Positions 43,064 through 55,899 of a stretch of 64,000 nucleotides of DNA are shown here, piece by piece. Position 1 is the first letter of the stretch; every line of letters starts with the position of its first letter. This DNA comes from the human T2T-CHM13v2.0 reference genome, Homo sapiens. The stretch lies in the NCBI RefSeq assembly GCF_009914755.1, contig NC_060928.1; one strand, given 5' to 3'. The notes under the pieces were generated by a model. That model ran no database searches and had not been told where the DNA came from. It saw only the letters and a list, made by a program, of their open reading frames with translations. The position numbers and the translations under genes were made by a program.

Positions 43064-46000
43064 TTTTTATCACCCTCCAAAGTAACCTCATACCCATTGG
43101 CATCTGCTACTCAATTCACTCTCCCTCCAGTCCCTGAAAAACACTAATCTACTTTCTGTCTTTATGGATTTGCCCAGTTGAGACTTTTGAATGAAATCAC
43201 AGAGCATGTGGCCTCTACATCTGACCTCTTTCATGCAACAGAATGTTTACAAGGTTCATCCATGTTGTAGTATGTAACAGTACCTCATTAGTTTTTATGG
43301 CTGAATAATGCAGATATACCTTTTTTTGCCATTTAATTGTTAAAAATTTATTTTTTCTCAACTTTGTAAGGCTTTTATATTGTCGCTGTAAACAGCCTTG
43401 TATACTTTTGTATGGACATGTTTTAAATGTTTTCAATACCTAAGAGTGGAATCCTGGGTTCTATGATAAATATGTTTAACATTTTGAGAAAATGCCAAAT
43501 TGTTTATCAAAGTGTCTGAAACATATTACATTGCCACCAGCACTACATAAGGGTTCCAATTTTTCCACATACTCACTAAAACTTGTTATTGTCCTTCCTT
43601 TGGATTATAGTCATCCTAGTGGGTGCAGAATGGTTGTAATTTTGATTTGAATATCTCTAATTACTAATGATGTTGAATATCTTTTCGTCACAAGTTACTG
43701 GCCATTTGCGCTTCTTATTAAAGAAAAGTCTATTCATGATTTTTTGCCCATTTTTAAATAGGGTTCTGTTAATTGGGTTTTCACTCAGTTCCCTTTCTGT
43801 GAGTTATTTCACTTTCTTGATGAAGCCCTTTGAAGCAAAAATATTTAATTTAAATGTAGTCCAATTTATCCATTTTTTTCTTCCGGTTTTGATGTCACAG
43901 TTAAGAAATCATTGCCAAATCTAACGTCACAGAGATTTATGTGTATATTTCCTAAAAATCTTAATTTTTAGCTCTTACAGTGAGGTCTTTGATCTATTTT
44001 GAGTTAGTTTGTATGTCATGTGCTATATAGAGGTCCAATTTTCCTCTTTTGCATGTGGTTATCCAATTGTTGCGACAATAGGTTGTCTTTCCTCATTTAA
44101 TTATCTTGGCAACCTTGTCAAAATTCAACCGATAGTAATGTAAGAATTTATATCTTCTTAATTCTACTCCTTTGATATATTTGTCTCTCTTTATGCCAGT
44201 ACTATACTGTCTTAATTACTCTAGCTGTACGCTAAGTTATGAATTGGAAAGTTTGAGTCTTTCAATTTAGTTCTTTCTTTTAGTTTCTGACTATTTTTTA
44301 TTCCATTTCCATGTAAATTTTAGGATCTGCTTTATTTTCTACAAGAAAATAAAATAGCCAGTCGAGATCTTATTAGAGATTACGTTGAATCTGTTGATTT
44401 AAGTTGTATTGCCACCTTTACAATATTACGTCTCCCAATCCATTAACATGGGATACCTCTCCATTTATTTAGTTCTTTAATTGTTTTTGAAAAGAATTTT
44501 ACAGTATAAATGTGTAAGATTTGCACTTCTTTTGATAAATGTATTCCTAAGTATTTTATTCTTTTTGATGTCATGAATAAATTTGTTTAGTCAAACAAAT
44601 CATTTTTTGATCATCCATTGCTAGTATATAGAAACACTATACACTAGTATGAATAAACAAAAATTTTTATTATTCTTGTATTCTGTAATCTTGATAAACT
44701 GATATATTAGTTCTAAGAGTTTTTTTCTCTCTTTTTTTGGTGGATTCCTTTGGATTTCATATTCAAGATTATATCATGTCTTAAAAGAGATAGTTTCTCT
44801 TTCTTCCTTTCTATGTGACTAAATGCTCTGGCTAGAACCACCCACGTTACGATGAATAGCAGTGACAAGGGTGTACGTGCTCACCTTGTTTATATTCTTA
44901 AGGGGAGACTATCAGTATTTTACCTTTTTTTTGTATTATTTGTAATGTCACCTGCAGTTTTTTTGTTTTGTTTTTAAAATAGATGCCCTTTATTAGGTGA
45001 GAAATTTCTCTTTTATTTCTACTTTGTCTTGTTTTTTTTTTTTTTAAACATGAAAGGGTATTGAATTTTGTTAGATAGGAGGTTTTTTTTTAATCATGAA
45101 AGTGTATTGAACTTTGCATCTAAGTGACAATTACGTTTTCTTCCTTATTCTATAAATATTGTGTATTATATTGAATGATTTTCATAGGCTGAATGAACCT
45201 TGAAGCCCTGGAATAACTCTCAGTTAGTTGTGGTGTACAATGTTTTAAAATGCTACTGAATTTGACTTGCTAGTGTTTTGTTGAAGGCTTTTGAGTCTAT
45301 ATTCATAAGAGATATTGGTGTGTAGTTCTTGCTCATTTGTCTTTTTCCTTATAATGTCTTTGAGTGGTTTTAAATTTTGCCATTATTTTGTTGAAGGCTT
45401 TTGAGTTTATATACATAAAAGATATTGGTCTGCAGTTTTTGCTTTGTTTTGTTATAAGGATAATATTGAACTCTTAAAATGAGTTGAGAAAATGTTTCCT
45501 TCTATTCTATTTTCGAAATAGTTTGTGAAGGATTGGTGTTAATTTTTGTGTAACTGTTTGCTAGATTTCACCAGAGAAGCCATTTAATTCTAGGCCTTCT
45601 TTTATGGAAAGGTTCTTGATAACTAGTACAATACATTTTCTGGTATGAATCTAATTAGAATTTATTTCTTCTTGAGTCAGTTCCAGCCACTTCTTCTAGG
45701 CAATCTAATTTATTGGCACACAGTTGTTCATATTATTCTCTGATAATCCTTTTTCTCTCTTTGATTGCTGATTTTAGTAACTTGAGCCATCTCTTTTTTT
45801 TTAAGCTCAGTCTAGCTAAATATTTCTAAATTTTATTGATCTATTCAAAGGAATAACATTTCATTTATTTTTCTCTGTTTATTTCAGTTATTTTCACTCT
45901 AATCTTTATTATTTCCTTCTTCTTGCTTTTTGTTTAGGTTGTTGTTATTTTGTAATTTCATAAGTTAGAAAACTAGCTTATTGATTTGAAATCTTTTCTA

Positions 46001-46553
46001 TTTTTTAATATAGACATTTACAGCTATAAATTTGTTCTGAGTCCTGCTTTAGCTGTATTCCATACGTTTTGGTATGTTGCTTTCATTTTCTTTCATTTGT
46101 AAATATTTCTATTTTTTCTTGTGAATTATTTCTTGACCCATTAGAAATGTTTTCTATAATTTCCACGTATTTCTAAATTTCCCAATGTCTTTCCATTATC
46201 AACTTTAACTTCATTCCATTATGTTGGAAAATATATATTGTGTGATTTCAGTCCTTGTAAGTTTATTCAGATTTGTTTTATGGCTTAGCATATGGTCTAT
46301 CCTGGAGAATGTTTCATGTCCACTTGAGAATAATGTGTATTTTTCTGTTGGCAGAGTGCTCCATAGCTGTGTGTTAGGGGAAGTTGGTTTATAGCATTGT
46401 TCAGGCTTCCTATATCCTTGCTGATCTTCTATCTAGTTGTTTTATTCTTTATTGATACTGGGTAATTGAAGCCTCTACATATTCTTACTGAGTCTTTCCT
46501 TCCTTCCTCTTTTCTTTCCTTCTTTCCTTAATCAATATAAAACGTATTTTGCA

Positions 46554-46831
46554 GGCTGGACGAGGTGGCTCATGCCTGTAATCCCAGCACTTTGGGAGGC
46601 CAAGGCAGGAGGATCACCTGAGGTTGGGAATTTGAGACCAGCCTGACCAACATGGAGAAACCCTGTCTCTACTAAAAATAGAAAATTAGTTGGGCGTGGT
46701 GGTGCATGCCTGTAATCCCAGCTACTTGGGAGGCTGAGTCAGAAAAATCGCTTGAACCCTGGGAGGTGGAGGTTGTGGTGAGCCAAGATCACCCCACTGC
46801 ACTCCAGCCTGGGCAACAAGAGCGAAACTCC

Positions 46832-46862
<31 letters not shown>
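46554..46862 (+). mobile_element. AluSp
   Basis: GAGGTTGGGA, CCTGACCAACATGGAGAAACCC, CAACAAGAGCGAAACTCC; TSD AAAA(C/A)GTATTTTG. Confidence 0.95.
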
Positions 46863-49154
46863 GTATTTTGTCTCTAGTAACAATTTTGGCTTCAAAGTCT
46901 ATTTTGTCAAATATTAGTTTGTGTGTTATACCTTTATTATTTTCAACCTTTTTTTGGTCTCGAGTCTAAAGTATATCTGCTGTAGGCACCACAGAGTTTA
47001 ATCTTTTTAAAAATACATTCTGTTAATCTGTGCTTTTAATTGAAGTGTTAGATAACTTTGCATTTAGTATGTTTACTGATAGGGGAGGAATTACCTTTTC
47101 TACTTTGTTATTTGTACAGTGTATGTCTCCTTTCTTTGTGTGTTTATTCCTCTGTTTCTCAATTACCATCTTTTTGTACGTGTGTTAAGCAGATATTTTC
47201 TTGTGTACAATTTTAATTTCCTTGTCAATTCTCTTATATATTTTTGAGTTATTTTCTTACTGGTTGCCCTATGGATTAGAATTAACAGCTTAATATATAA
47301 TCATCTAGTTCAGATTAACAACAATTTAAAAATCTATGGATCTTCACTTCTATATACTTTTATTTCTTCCTCCATGTTTTCATTGTAAAATTGCATCTTT
47401 GTATATTATTTGTATATCAATACAGTTCAGTAATTTTTTCTTTATGTAGCTATCTCAATTACAGAGATGTAAACGAATTACACACACACACATATATATA
47501 TATTTGAGTTTATCTTACTTGGAGTCAAATTTTTTGAATGTGTTGGTTAATGAATGTTTTTCTTCAAATTTAGAGAGTTTTTGTACATCATTTATCGAAG
47601 TATTCATTGTGCCTCTTTTTGTTTTCCTTATTTCTGGGACTCCAATTAACTGTATGTTGGTCTACTTGATCATTTTCCACAGGTATCTGAAGCTCTGTCT
47701 ATGCTTCCTTCTTTTACTGTTTGTTTGTTTCTCAGACATTTGCTGTTAATTGTTTTTGGCAACTGCCCCAAGGAAAAATCTGGTTGCTGTGAGAAAAGCT
47801 TTGAGTTAGGTCAAATAAAGATAAGCCCTGTTTCTGGATGATTTGGGGAACTGTCAGACAGTTCAGATGATCATAATGCACTGCAAAGGGGGTGTCTGGA
47901 TAGTTCCCAATGTGTGTTTGTTCCCCCTCTGGTAGCTACTAGGCTGCTGGTTTTATGACTACAGTAATTGCAGGGCTGTTGATTTTCAAGGCTACCACGT
48001 AGCTGGGGATAGGAAGATGGAAATAGAGCATGTTAAAACACCACAGTGTTTGTTGTTTAGCCATTTTTCTTGAATAAACACTTCTCAGTTTATTGAAAGC
48101 CTTGGTTAGCCTTCAGAGTTGTGATAAAATTGATTTTGACAATTTTTTCAGTGTTCTGATTGTTTTCATGGAGGAATCGATTTTTGGAAGTCCTTCCTCT
48201 GCTGCCCCTGCTAATGTCATGGCACTAATCAATTTTAGCTTTTTTTTTTTCTTTTAATGATTTAGTTGGTGCACAAATCTTGTGAAGCTTTAGGATCTTC
48301 ATTAACAAGAGAAGCTCAGTTTCTGATTCAATTTTAAAATGCTAAATAATGCAGTTCTGGTTGTTGTGAAGTTATATAAAACAACATTTCAAACAAAATC
48401 TCCTTTTAATTGGAAAATTTTAAATAAGGACAGTTTTAGTAATAGTAACAAACACAAAATTAATTCTTTTTATGGGCGTTGTAAGGGCTCACCATTCCTT
48501 AAATAAAAAGTTATTGTAATTGTTCTTTTCATCATTGAAACCAGTAATAACAATGCACATTTACATTTACATAAACAAAAATATTCAATTTGTGTTATTT
48601 TTTTTTAGCAAACAGAAGCAATGTAAACTTTCATTACTGGATAAGGATTTTTAACGTTGGTAATAACAAGCATATTGTGAGCATTGTTGCACTTGAAGTG
48701 TTTTTCACAAAGATAGTCTGGGGACTAAAAATGGAAACATTAAGGCAGTTTAGGTAATTTAATTTAAATGTATTTATGATGGTATTATATCAAACAGATT
48801 GTTTACTCAGCACAGTGGCTAAAGTCTTTTCTTGCTTCAGATACAAAGAATTTACTCATAGTTAAGAACTATAGTCCCCGATTTAGACAAAAAATTAATA
48901 GGGACAAGAACACTCAGAAAAGATCTTAATAGCCTGGATGTAATCAGGGACCAAAATTTAATTTGGCTGGCCACAATGCCTAATTTTTCGATAAGTTCCT
49001 GCTTTCTGATACATGTTGTTTTGTCCCAGAGTAAAAATGAAAGAATAAGCTTAAGAACCCTCAAAATTTGTAACTATCTTGTGCTAGAAAAAGAAAGGGG
49101 TGAGAGGTTGTGGAATGCAAGTAAGAAAAGACCACATAAAACTTACACTGGCCT

Positions 49155-49295
49155 TAACACAGAAGATCAGAATTTGGCTCACAGTTCTTCCATAATTATC
49201 TATGAAATCATGAAATTAGAGGTTTCAACTCTCAAAATTGGATAACAGTAATAAAATGGCTATTATGTAAATGAGATGAGAGTATATGAGAAGGT
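49155..49295 (+). mobile_element. Degenerate MIR
   Basis: CAGAAGATCAGAATTTGG...GTTTC..CTCTCAAAATTGGATAAC..ATGAGATGAG..TATATGA. Confidence 0.4.
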
Positions 49296-50439
49296 TGAAA
49301 TATGCCTTTGTATAAGTTGTCAGACGTTCTTATGACTTCCCAAATAATGCTTTCTCAAGGAAGCTTCAAACAACTGTGTTTGACTTTGCTTTTCCACTTT
49401 TCTCAACCCTCTGTTGATCATATATTACAGTCTGCACACACAGGAAACTCCCATCACAATGACAATTTGGCACATTAAAATACATGTCTTCATATGTCTT
49501 TGTGCTTGGTATTTATACTGCCACAGGAAGCTCAGTTCAGAAAGTCTCTTCTGTGCAGGACGGTGCCTGTGTAGAATATTTTGGATGCTCATAGGGTAAT
49601 TGGACTCTTTCTGAGAGAACTCAGGTAAATGGTTTTTCACTATAAAGAAAATATTCTCTTTCAGTGTCATCAGGGGCCTGTGTGTGGCTTGGTGGGAAGA
49701 AAGAGGGTGTTAGGAAAGATCGCAATAACTTAACTTGCAACCTGCTGTTATGCACCTGACAGCTGAATAGATGCTTTTTCTCTGTGGGAGCCTGTTAACC
49801 TGTTACCAGCAAGTCTGATTCTTGCTGAACTTGGTACAATATTAATGAAAAGCCGCAGGAAGCAGAGGAGAGGTGTGTCCCAGGCCATGCTAGGTGGCCG
49901 CGACTCCAGTTAATCACCTCCCAGTTCTTGTTAGAAGTTTCCTTTTCCTGCCTCTTTGAATTAAAAAATATCGGGTTTATTCAGGATGTAACTACAGAGA
50001 AACATTTTGAGTTTGGAATCAGAAGGCTGGACCAAAAAAGAAGCAATCTTGTTCAACTTCAAAAGATTAATGGGTAGAAAATTTGAACAATAATCTTAAA
50101 TGATTGAGAGAAAGTTCTGAAGGCAGGGTATTTGATAAAAATATATTTATTTCATTTAAAGCATTTTCTGAAGAAGAAAATTAAGTTTTAAGTTAAAATT
50201 ATTATAAGATTTAAATTTATTTAAAATTGTACTAGAGAACTAAGTAATATAAAGCATTAAGCTTACTGTTTCTCTTTAGTGAAGGTCTCATAAAACTCAT
50301 ATAAATCTTTGTAAAAATTTTTACTGTTAAAATTTATAAACTATTACCATTAAATTAGATTTTTTCTCCTCTTTTTCAGGCTTGTTTTTCTGATTTCTTC
50401 ATCTCTCTTGTGTCTCTGCTGCCATTCCTCCCTCTCATG

Positions 50440-50560
50440 CTGGTCCCTGGAGACGCGATAGTGAACAACAAAATGTTGACCCTGCTTCCTGCTCTCGGGG
50501 AGCTTATTCTATAGCTATAGATTATATATTATTCTATAGTAGAGGGCACAAGCATGAATC
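50440..50560 (-). mobile_element. L2 3' fragment (left arm of an inverted duplication)
   Basis: CTGGAGAC..ATAGTGAACAA...CCTGCTCTCGGGGAGCTTATTCTA resembles the reverse L2 3' end. Confidence 0.55.
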
Positions 50561-51183
50561 AACTGTAAGAGAAAATGTAAAACTGGAACATTGGCTATCC
50601 TTGCAGCCATGGATAAACATGAAGTAAATTTTTCTCCTGATGGTGATATTTTATATATATATGCGTATATATATATATGTGTGTGTGTGTGTATATGTAT
50701 ATATGTATATGTGTGTGTGTATATATATATATATAGTGTGGTACAGATAGTGATATATATATCTATCACACTATATATCACACTATGTATATCACACTAT
50801 ATACATATACATATACTATATACATATATACATATATATGTCACACTATGTATATCACACTATATATATATAGTGTGATAATATATATAGTGTGATATAC
50901 CTAGTGTGATATATATATCAACACGTATGCCTGAGAGCACCGTTGTTGGATATGAAGGTCTGGCTATGATCCCAGTTTTCTTATTAATTGACAGGGTTGA
51001 GTCAGAACAGTCAGCAGATCATGCCAATCGCTTTGTGTCAACACCCTGTTGAGGAAGCTGTAGCTATCTTTGGTAGCAATGGTCAATGTTCCAGTTTTCT
51101 GGAACAATTTTCTCACACAATGAATTCATGCTTGTGCCCTCTACTATAGAATAAGCTCCCTGAGAGTAGGAAGCAGGGTCCAC
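50475..51183. repeat. Inverted duplication, arms ~50475-50613 and ~51066-51183
   Basis: Reverse complement of 51126-51180 matches 50478-50557 with 2 mismatches plus a 25-bp insertion. Confidence 0.93.
50650..50920. repeat. TA-rich low complexity with TATCACAC/GTGTGATA units in both orientations
   Basis: Read directly; includes a perfect 28-bp palindrome at 50853-50880. Confidence 0.92.
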
Positions 51184-52129
51184 ATATATGGTGATGATAT
51201 ATATCATCACCACATATGCTGATTTAAGCATATATGTGCTTAAATATATATATACTGCATATATATATATATATATATGCTTAAATCAACATGTCCCTTT
51301 CATGTCTGCAAAATGATAGCTTATGAAAATATATTCACTGTTATGGTGTAAAACTGTCCCTAATGCCATTTCCCCTTTATTTATTTGGGTTTGTACATTT
51401 TGAAGTACTGGTAGAAGAAAAGAATTGTACAATTTTCTTAAAGTTTATATTATGGGAATAATAATGGAAGTTCCAACTTTTCTTATTGCTAGAAGACAGC
51501 CATAGTTTTTACTTTTCAACACCAATTCCTCAGGTAGGTGACTGTACATAATTTATAAAAATGTCTTCAATAAATGACTACTATTGGAACAATCACTGGA
51601 ACATGGTGATCTATTTGCTGTTCCAAGAATACAAGAGAATCAAATGTTAGATTTTTTTTCTTTCATGGTTTACCTGAATTCCATGCTATAAGTTTGGTAA
51701 ACTTCTTTTTTATTACACAGATGTACTTAGCTAATGTGGTCATTGATAAGAGTGTTTTTTTAAAGAAGCAGAGATGAAAAAAATCAATGTAAAAGTGTTC
51801 ATATTGGGAAATGAGCTGCAGTAAGAAATGATTACAGGCTTTATTTAAGCTGTGAATCAAAGCAAACATATATTCTCTTTGCCTGGAAGACTGATGAAAG
51901 TTGGCAGCAAGAAAATTAAAATTTTTCTGTATATTCACTATATAATTGAAGTTCAGTTTCTGCAGATTCTGTCTGTTCTCTCATTGATTACTCAAGCACT
52001 TCTAAAAAAATTCCTGCCATCTTACTCATAATGCACCTTCATAACAGGCACGGTGTTCAATTCTCTTTGTGCGATATAGTTAGCAACAGTGCAGTAGTAT
52101 AAGGTGAGTATTACACCTTGAAAAGCAAC

Positions 52130-52486
<357 letters not shown>

Positions 52487-53124
52487 TGATATTGAGAACC
52501 ATATATGGCACCTAAAGACTATGCATTTATATGATTAAACTGTTTACGTGGCTAAAACAAAACATATCATCTAAAAGACAATTTTCAAATCTTTTGGTGG
52601 GATTGTTATTTGGTGATGCTTTATAAAATTTTATTTAAAATTTTTGCTTTTCAACTTGTTTTAATATTCTCTTGTCTGTAAGAAGAGAATAAATATTTTC
52701 AGATACTTTTATATTTTAGTCATTCTCATTGCAAGTTGCACAGAGAACATCATCAACTTCCATGTGACATATCTGGTGGATAAGTTCTTTCAGATTAATC
52801 CATGCAATTTAGTTCTGCATTTATGTGAATAGTTTTTAGTCATTTTGAATTCACAGAACCTTTGAAATTTTCCACCTTTTTGCTATGACTATTATCTGGT
52901 CGTGGGTCATCCAATTTTACTTAATAGTCATTTATCTTGCTTCTCTATTGTAGTGTTTCCTCTTCTGTATTATAGGCGAAGAGATTGAAATATTATGATT
53001 TTTTTCTATTTTATTTTTATTTTTTGCATTGTAGGTTATGGGAAGAATGTCTTGAATCTTTAAATGATATGTGTAAAAGTCATTGTACATTAATTCAGAC
53101 AATTTAGCTATGCTCCTTTTATAT

Positions 53125-53284
53125 ACGTATTTTAAACTTCCTGGGGTCACAGACGTGTTTTGAAAAGTAATGAAACTATCAAATGCATATACAATTTTGC
53201 ATTTACTATTAGAGGGATCATTGGCACCCTTAAGACATTCTAAAGACTTGTGGATATGCATACCCACACGGGTAGAGACTGCTG
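53125..53284 (-). mobile_element. hAT-Charlie MITE (MER103-like)
   Basis: GGGGTCACAGAC..TTTGAAAA..ATGAAA..AAATGCATATACAATTTTGCAT. Confidence 0.55.
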
Positions 53285-54234
53285 GGCCATTTAAGAAGAT
53301 ATTCAAGATATACAACTACATTAAACACAACAGAGGCTTACTAGCAGGAATATTTTTTCCAAGGAAAAATAGGGTGTTTTGGAGAGGATGGCATGGAGGA
53401 TGGTAATTTGGGGATAGGTTATTGAAGAGTTTAGGAAGAGGATTATAGGTGGTTTAGTTAGGAGACCTAAAGAACACACAGAAAAGTATTTCATCTTACA
53501 CCAAGCTTATGTTTTACAGAGAAGTATCTACTGTGGCAAGACTAACACTACTCATTTTTGAGTTACCATAAGACAGATTTCCGAATTCCATTTAGGATGA
53601 AGTTCAAAAGTTCTAAGATTTAATAGCTGAAATGCCATACTGGTTTTTAGAAATATTTGAATTTTATATTGAAAGTATGTTTGTTAAAAATGAAAACAAT
53701 GAAAGAATTTACGAGTTTACATAAAAGCCATTTCCTAAAAATTTTTCTAGATTTCCTTATCTATTGGCAATGGGAATTAGTGATTGTACTTTTGTCATTT
53801 CCAAGGCACATGTCTTAGAACCCAAAGCAGCTTATTAAATGGCAGTCTCTGGACCAATATAAACTAGGTGTTAATTTTAAATCCCAAAACTAGGAAGATA
53901 AGTATTGTTTAAATGTTTAATGGTTCCATTACTAGAAAAAGTCTTTCAAGATTTGAAAACTAATTGTAGTCTCTATTTCAAGGTTATAGAAAACTGACTG
54001 GGATAGGGACTCATTTAGTTATTCCATGTGCTTTTGGACATTTTTGTTTGGCAAATCTGTAGTTAGATATCATTATTTCCCTTTAAAACTCCTTTACCAA
54101 TTTGGCTGCTTAGATGCCCTACTAGAAGAGACAGAAGACAGCCCTTAAGTCTGGTAAATATTATTAAAATCTATAAAACAAGGCAGAGAGAAAATAATAT
54201 ATTTTTACCTGTTTTATACTCTAAATTCATTTTA

Positions 54235-55380
54235 AACTTTTTAGTTGACATTTTCAAACAAAAATGTGATGAGAATAATATAACAAACCCCTATATATAT
54301 CACGGAGCTTTAATAATTTTTAATACTTTGCCATATTTAGCATATTTATTATTTGTTGAAACATTTTTAATGTTTTTGAGTGTTAGAACCATTCTTAATT
54401 GCTTGAACATATACAGATGATTGAATAAAACAAAATATATTGTTCAGTGGGTTAGCGCACGCAAAGACCTGTGTAATGTCTACCGAGGTTGGGATCTAGA
54501 ACATGGTCAAAACCCAAAGATCATGCTGCTTCCTCACCACTACACCCTACCTCCCAAAATTAAACAAACAGTATCCTGAGTTCCATGGGAATTACTTTGC
54601 TTTGGCTTGCAGTTTTACTTAAGAGAACATGCATTTTTAAATACTACAGTTTTATTTCATAAATTTTAGTGGAATCATAGACTAGGTATTCGTTTGTATC
54701 TGGCATATTTCGAATATTCGTTTCAAATATTCCTAAATGTTATTGTGTGTAACACTTTTTCATTAACTTTCAGGGTCGTATAGTATAGATGTACCATAAT
54801 TTGTCTATTTCACTGATGATCAACATTTGGAATGAGTTCTCACTTTGCAATATTATAATGCTGTATAAAATTCTTGTGTATACCCTGTTTACACACATGT
54901 GCATCCATTTCTCATGTCTGCAGAGAAAAATTATAGGATCATTAGATATACAGATCCATGTTTAGAAGGCAATGACTATTAGGTCTACTTAAGTCAAATT
55001 TTTAAATCGTGTTATTTACAGATCTGTATTCTTATGATTTTTTTTCTTTTTGTTACTGAGAGAAATGAGAAAATTCTCCCACCATGACTTCAGACCTATC
55101 TATTTCTCATCTAATTTTTCCCAATTTCTGGCTGTTCCGATTTCTTGCCCTCTTCCTAATTTTTCTTGTGAGTTTTGATTAAAGATCTCTGAAGAAGAAC
55201 ATGTGTGTGGATGTAAACTTCCCATGGGTTTACAGTCTCAGGCTTTCCTGGCCTTTAACAGCATATTCAAAAATTTAACTATTTTTACCTGTTTACCAGG
55301 CACCTCTGCTTTCCTCCCAAGCTCTGCCACAGTTGGACAAATAATTATCTCCTGTCTTTCTTTGGAGGTGCTCTTTCCTA
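54235..55380 (-). mobile_element. Ancient L1MC/ME fragments
   Basis: GAGAATAATATAACAAACCCC; GTGGAATCATA..GTATCTGGC; ATAGATGTACCATAATTTGTCTATT. Confidence 0.55.
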
Positions 55381-55393
55381 AACTCATGTCTAC

Positions 55394-55729
55394 TTTTTCT
55401 TTTCTATTTTTTTTTCTTTTATTTTTAGAGATGGGATCTCTCTTCTGTCACTCAGGCTGGAGCATAGTGGTGTAATCAATGATAGTTCACTGCAGCCTTG
55501 AACTCCTGGGCTCAAGGGATCCTCCTATCTCAGCTTCCTGAGTAGTCGGGACTAAAGGTATGCACACCCATGTTCCGTGTTCTGCTAATTGTTTTTTTTG
55601 TTTTTTTGTTTTTTTTTTTTTGAGAGCCAGGGTCTCACTTTATAGCCCTGGCTGGTCTCAAACTCCTGCCTTCAGGAAATTCTCCCACCTCGGCCTCCCA
55701 GAGTGTTAGTATTATAGGCGTGAGCCACC
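55394..55729 (-). mobile_element. AluJ
   Basis: CACTGCAGCCTTGAACTCCTGGGCTCAAG.GATCCTCC and GGGTCTCACT are J-type diagnostics. Confidence 0.92.
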
Positions 55730-55810
55730 TTATTTTTTTACTGAAAAAAATATGATGTACACGTTTTGATATATGTATACATTGGGGAATGGATAAATCA
55801 AGTTAAATAA
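55730..55810 (-). mobile_element. L1MA 3' fragment
   Basis: GTTTTGATATATGTATACATTGGGGAATGGATAAATCAAG. Confidence 0.6.
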
Positions 55811-55899
55811 TATTGCTGGCCCTCATTCTTTCTCTTTAAATTCCCAAAAGTTTCTCTTTCCCATACACATGCTTTTGGTGTTTTTGTTTTCAATGTTTT

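Larger units (their letters stand above)
42852..48220 (-). mobile_element. Ancient L1MB-like element, 3' end through ORF2 with a probable L1M 5'-region remnant at ~47740-48220
   Basis: Reverse 3' end TTGAGATATAATTC..CCATAAAATTCACC; continuous reverse ORF2-like sequence; terminal GGCTACCAC..GCTGGG..TTCTTGAATAAAC..CCTTGGTTA motifs. Confidence 0.8.

Noticed and set aside
50740-50920. Repeated TATCACAC units resembling a repeat-spacer array
   Set aside because: Low-complexity TA-derived units without unique spacers, in a eukaryotic context with no cas genes
52932-53315. Longest ORF (127 aa)
   Set aside because: It overlaps a MITE fossil and AT-rich sequence, with no recognisable domain or exon structure
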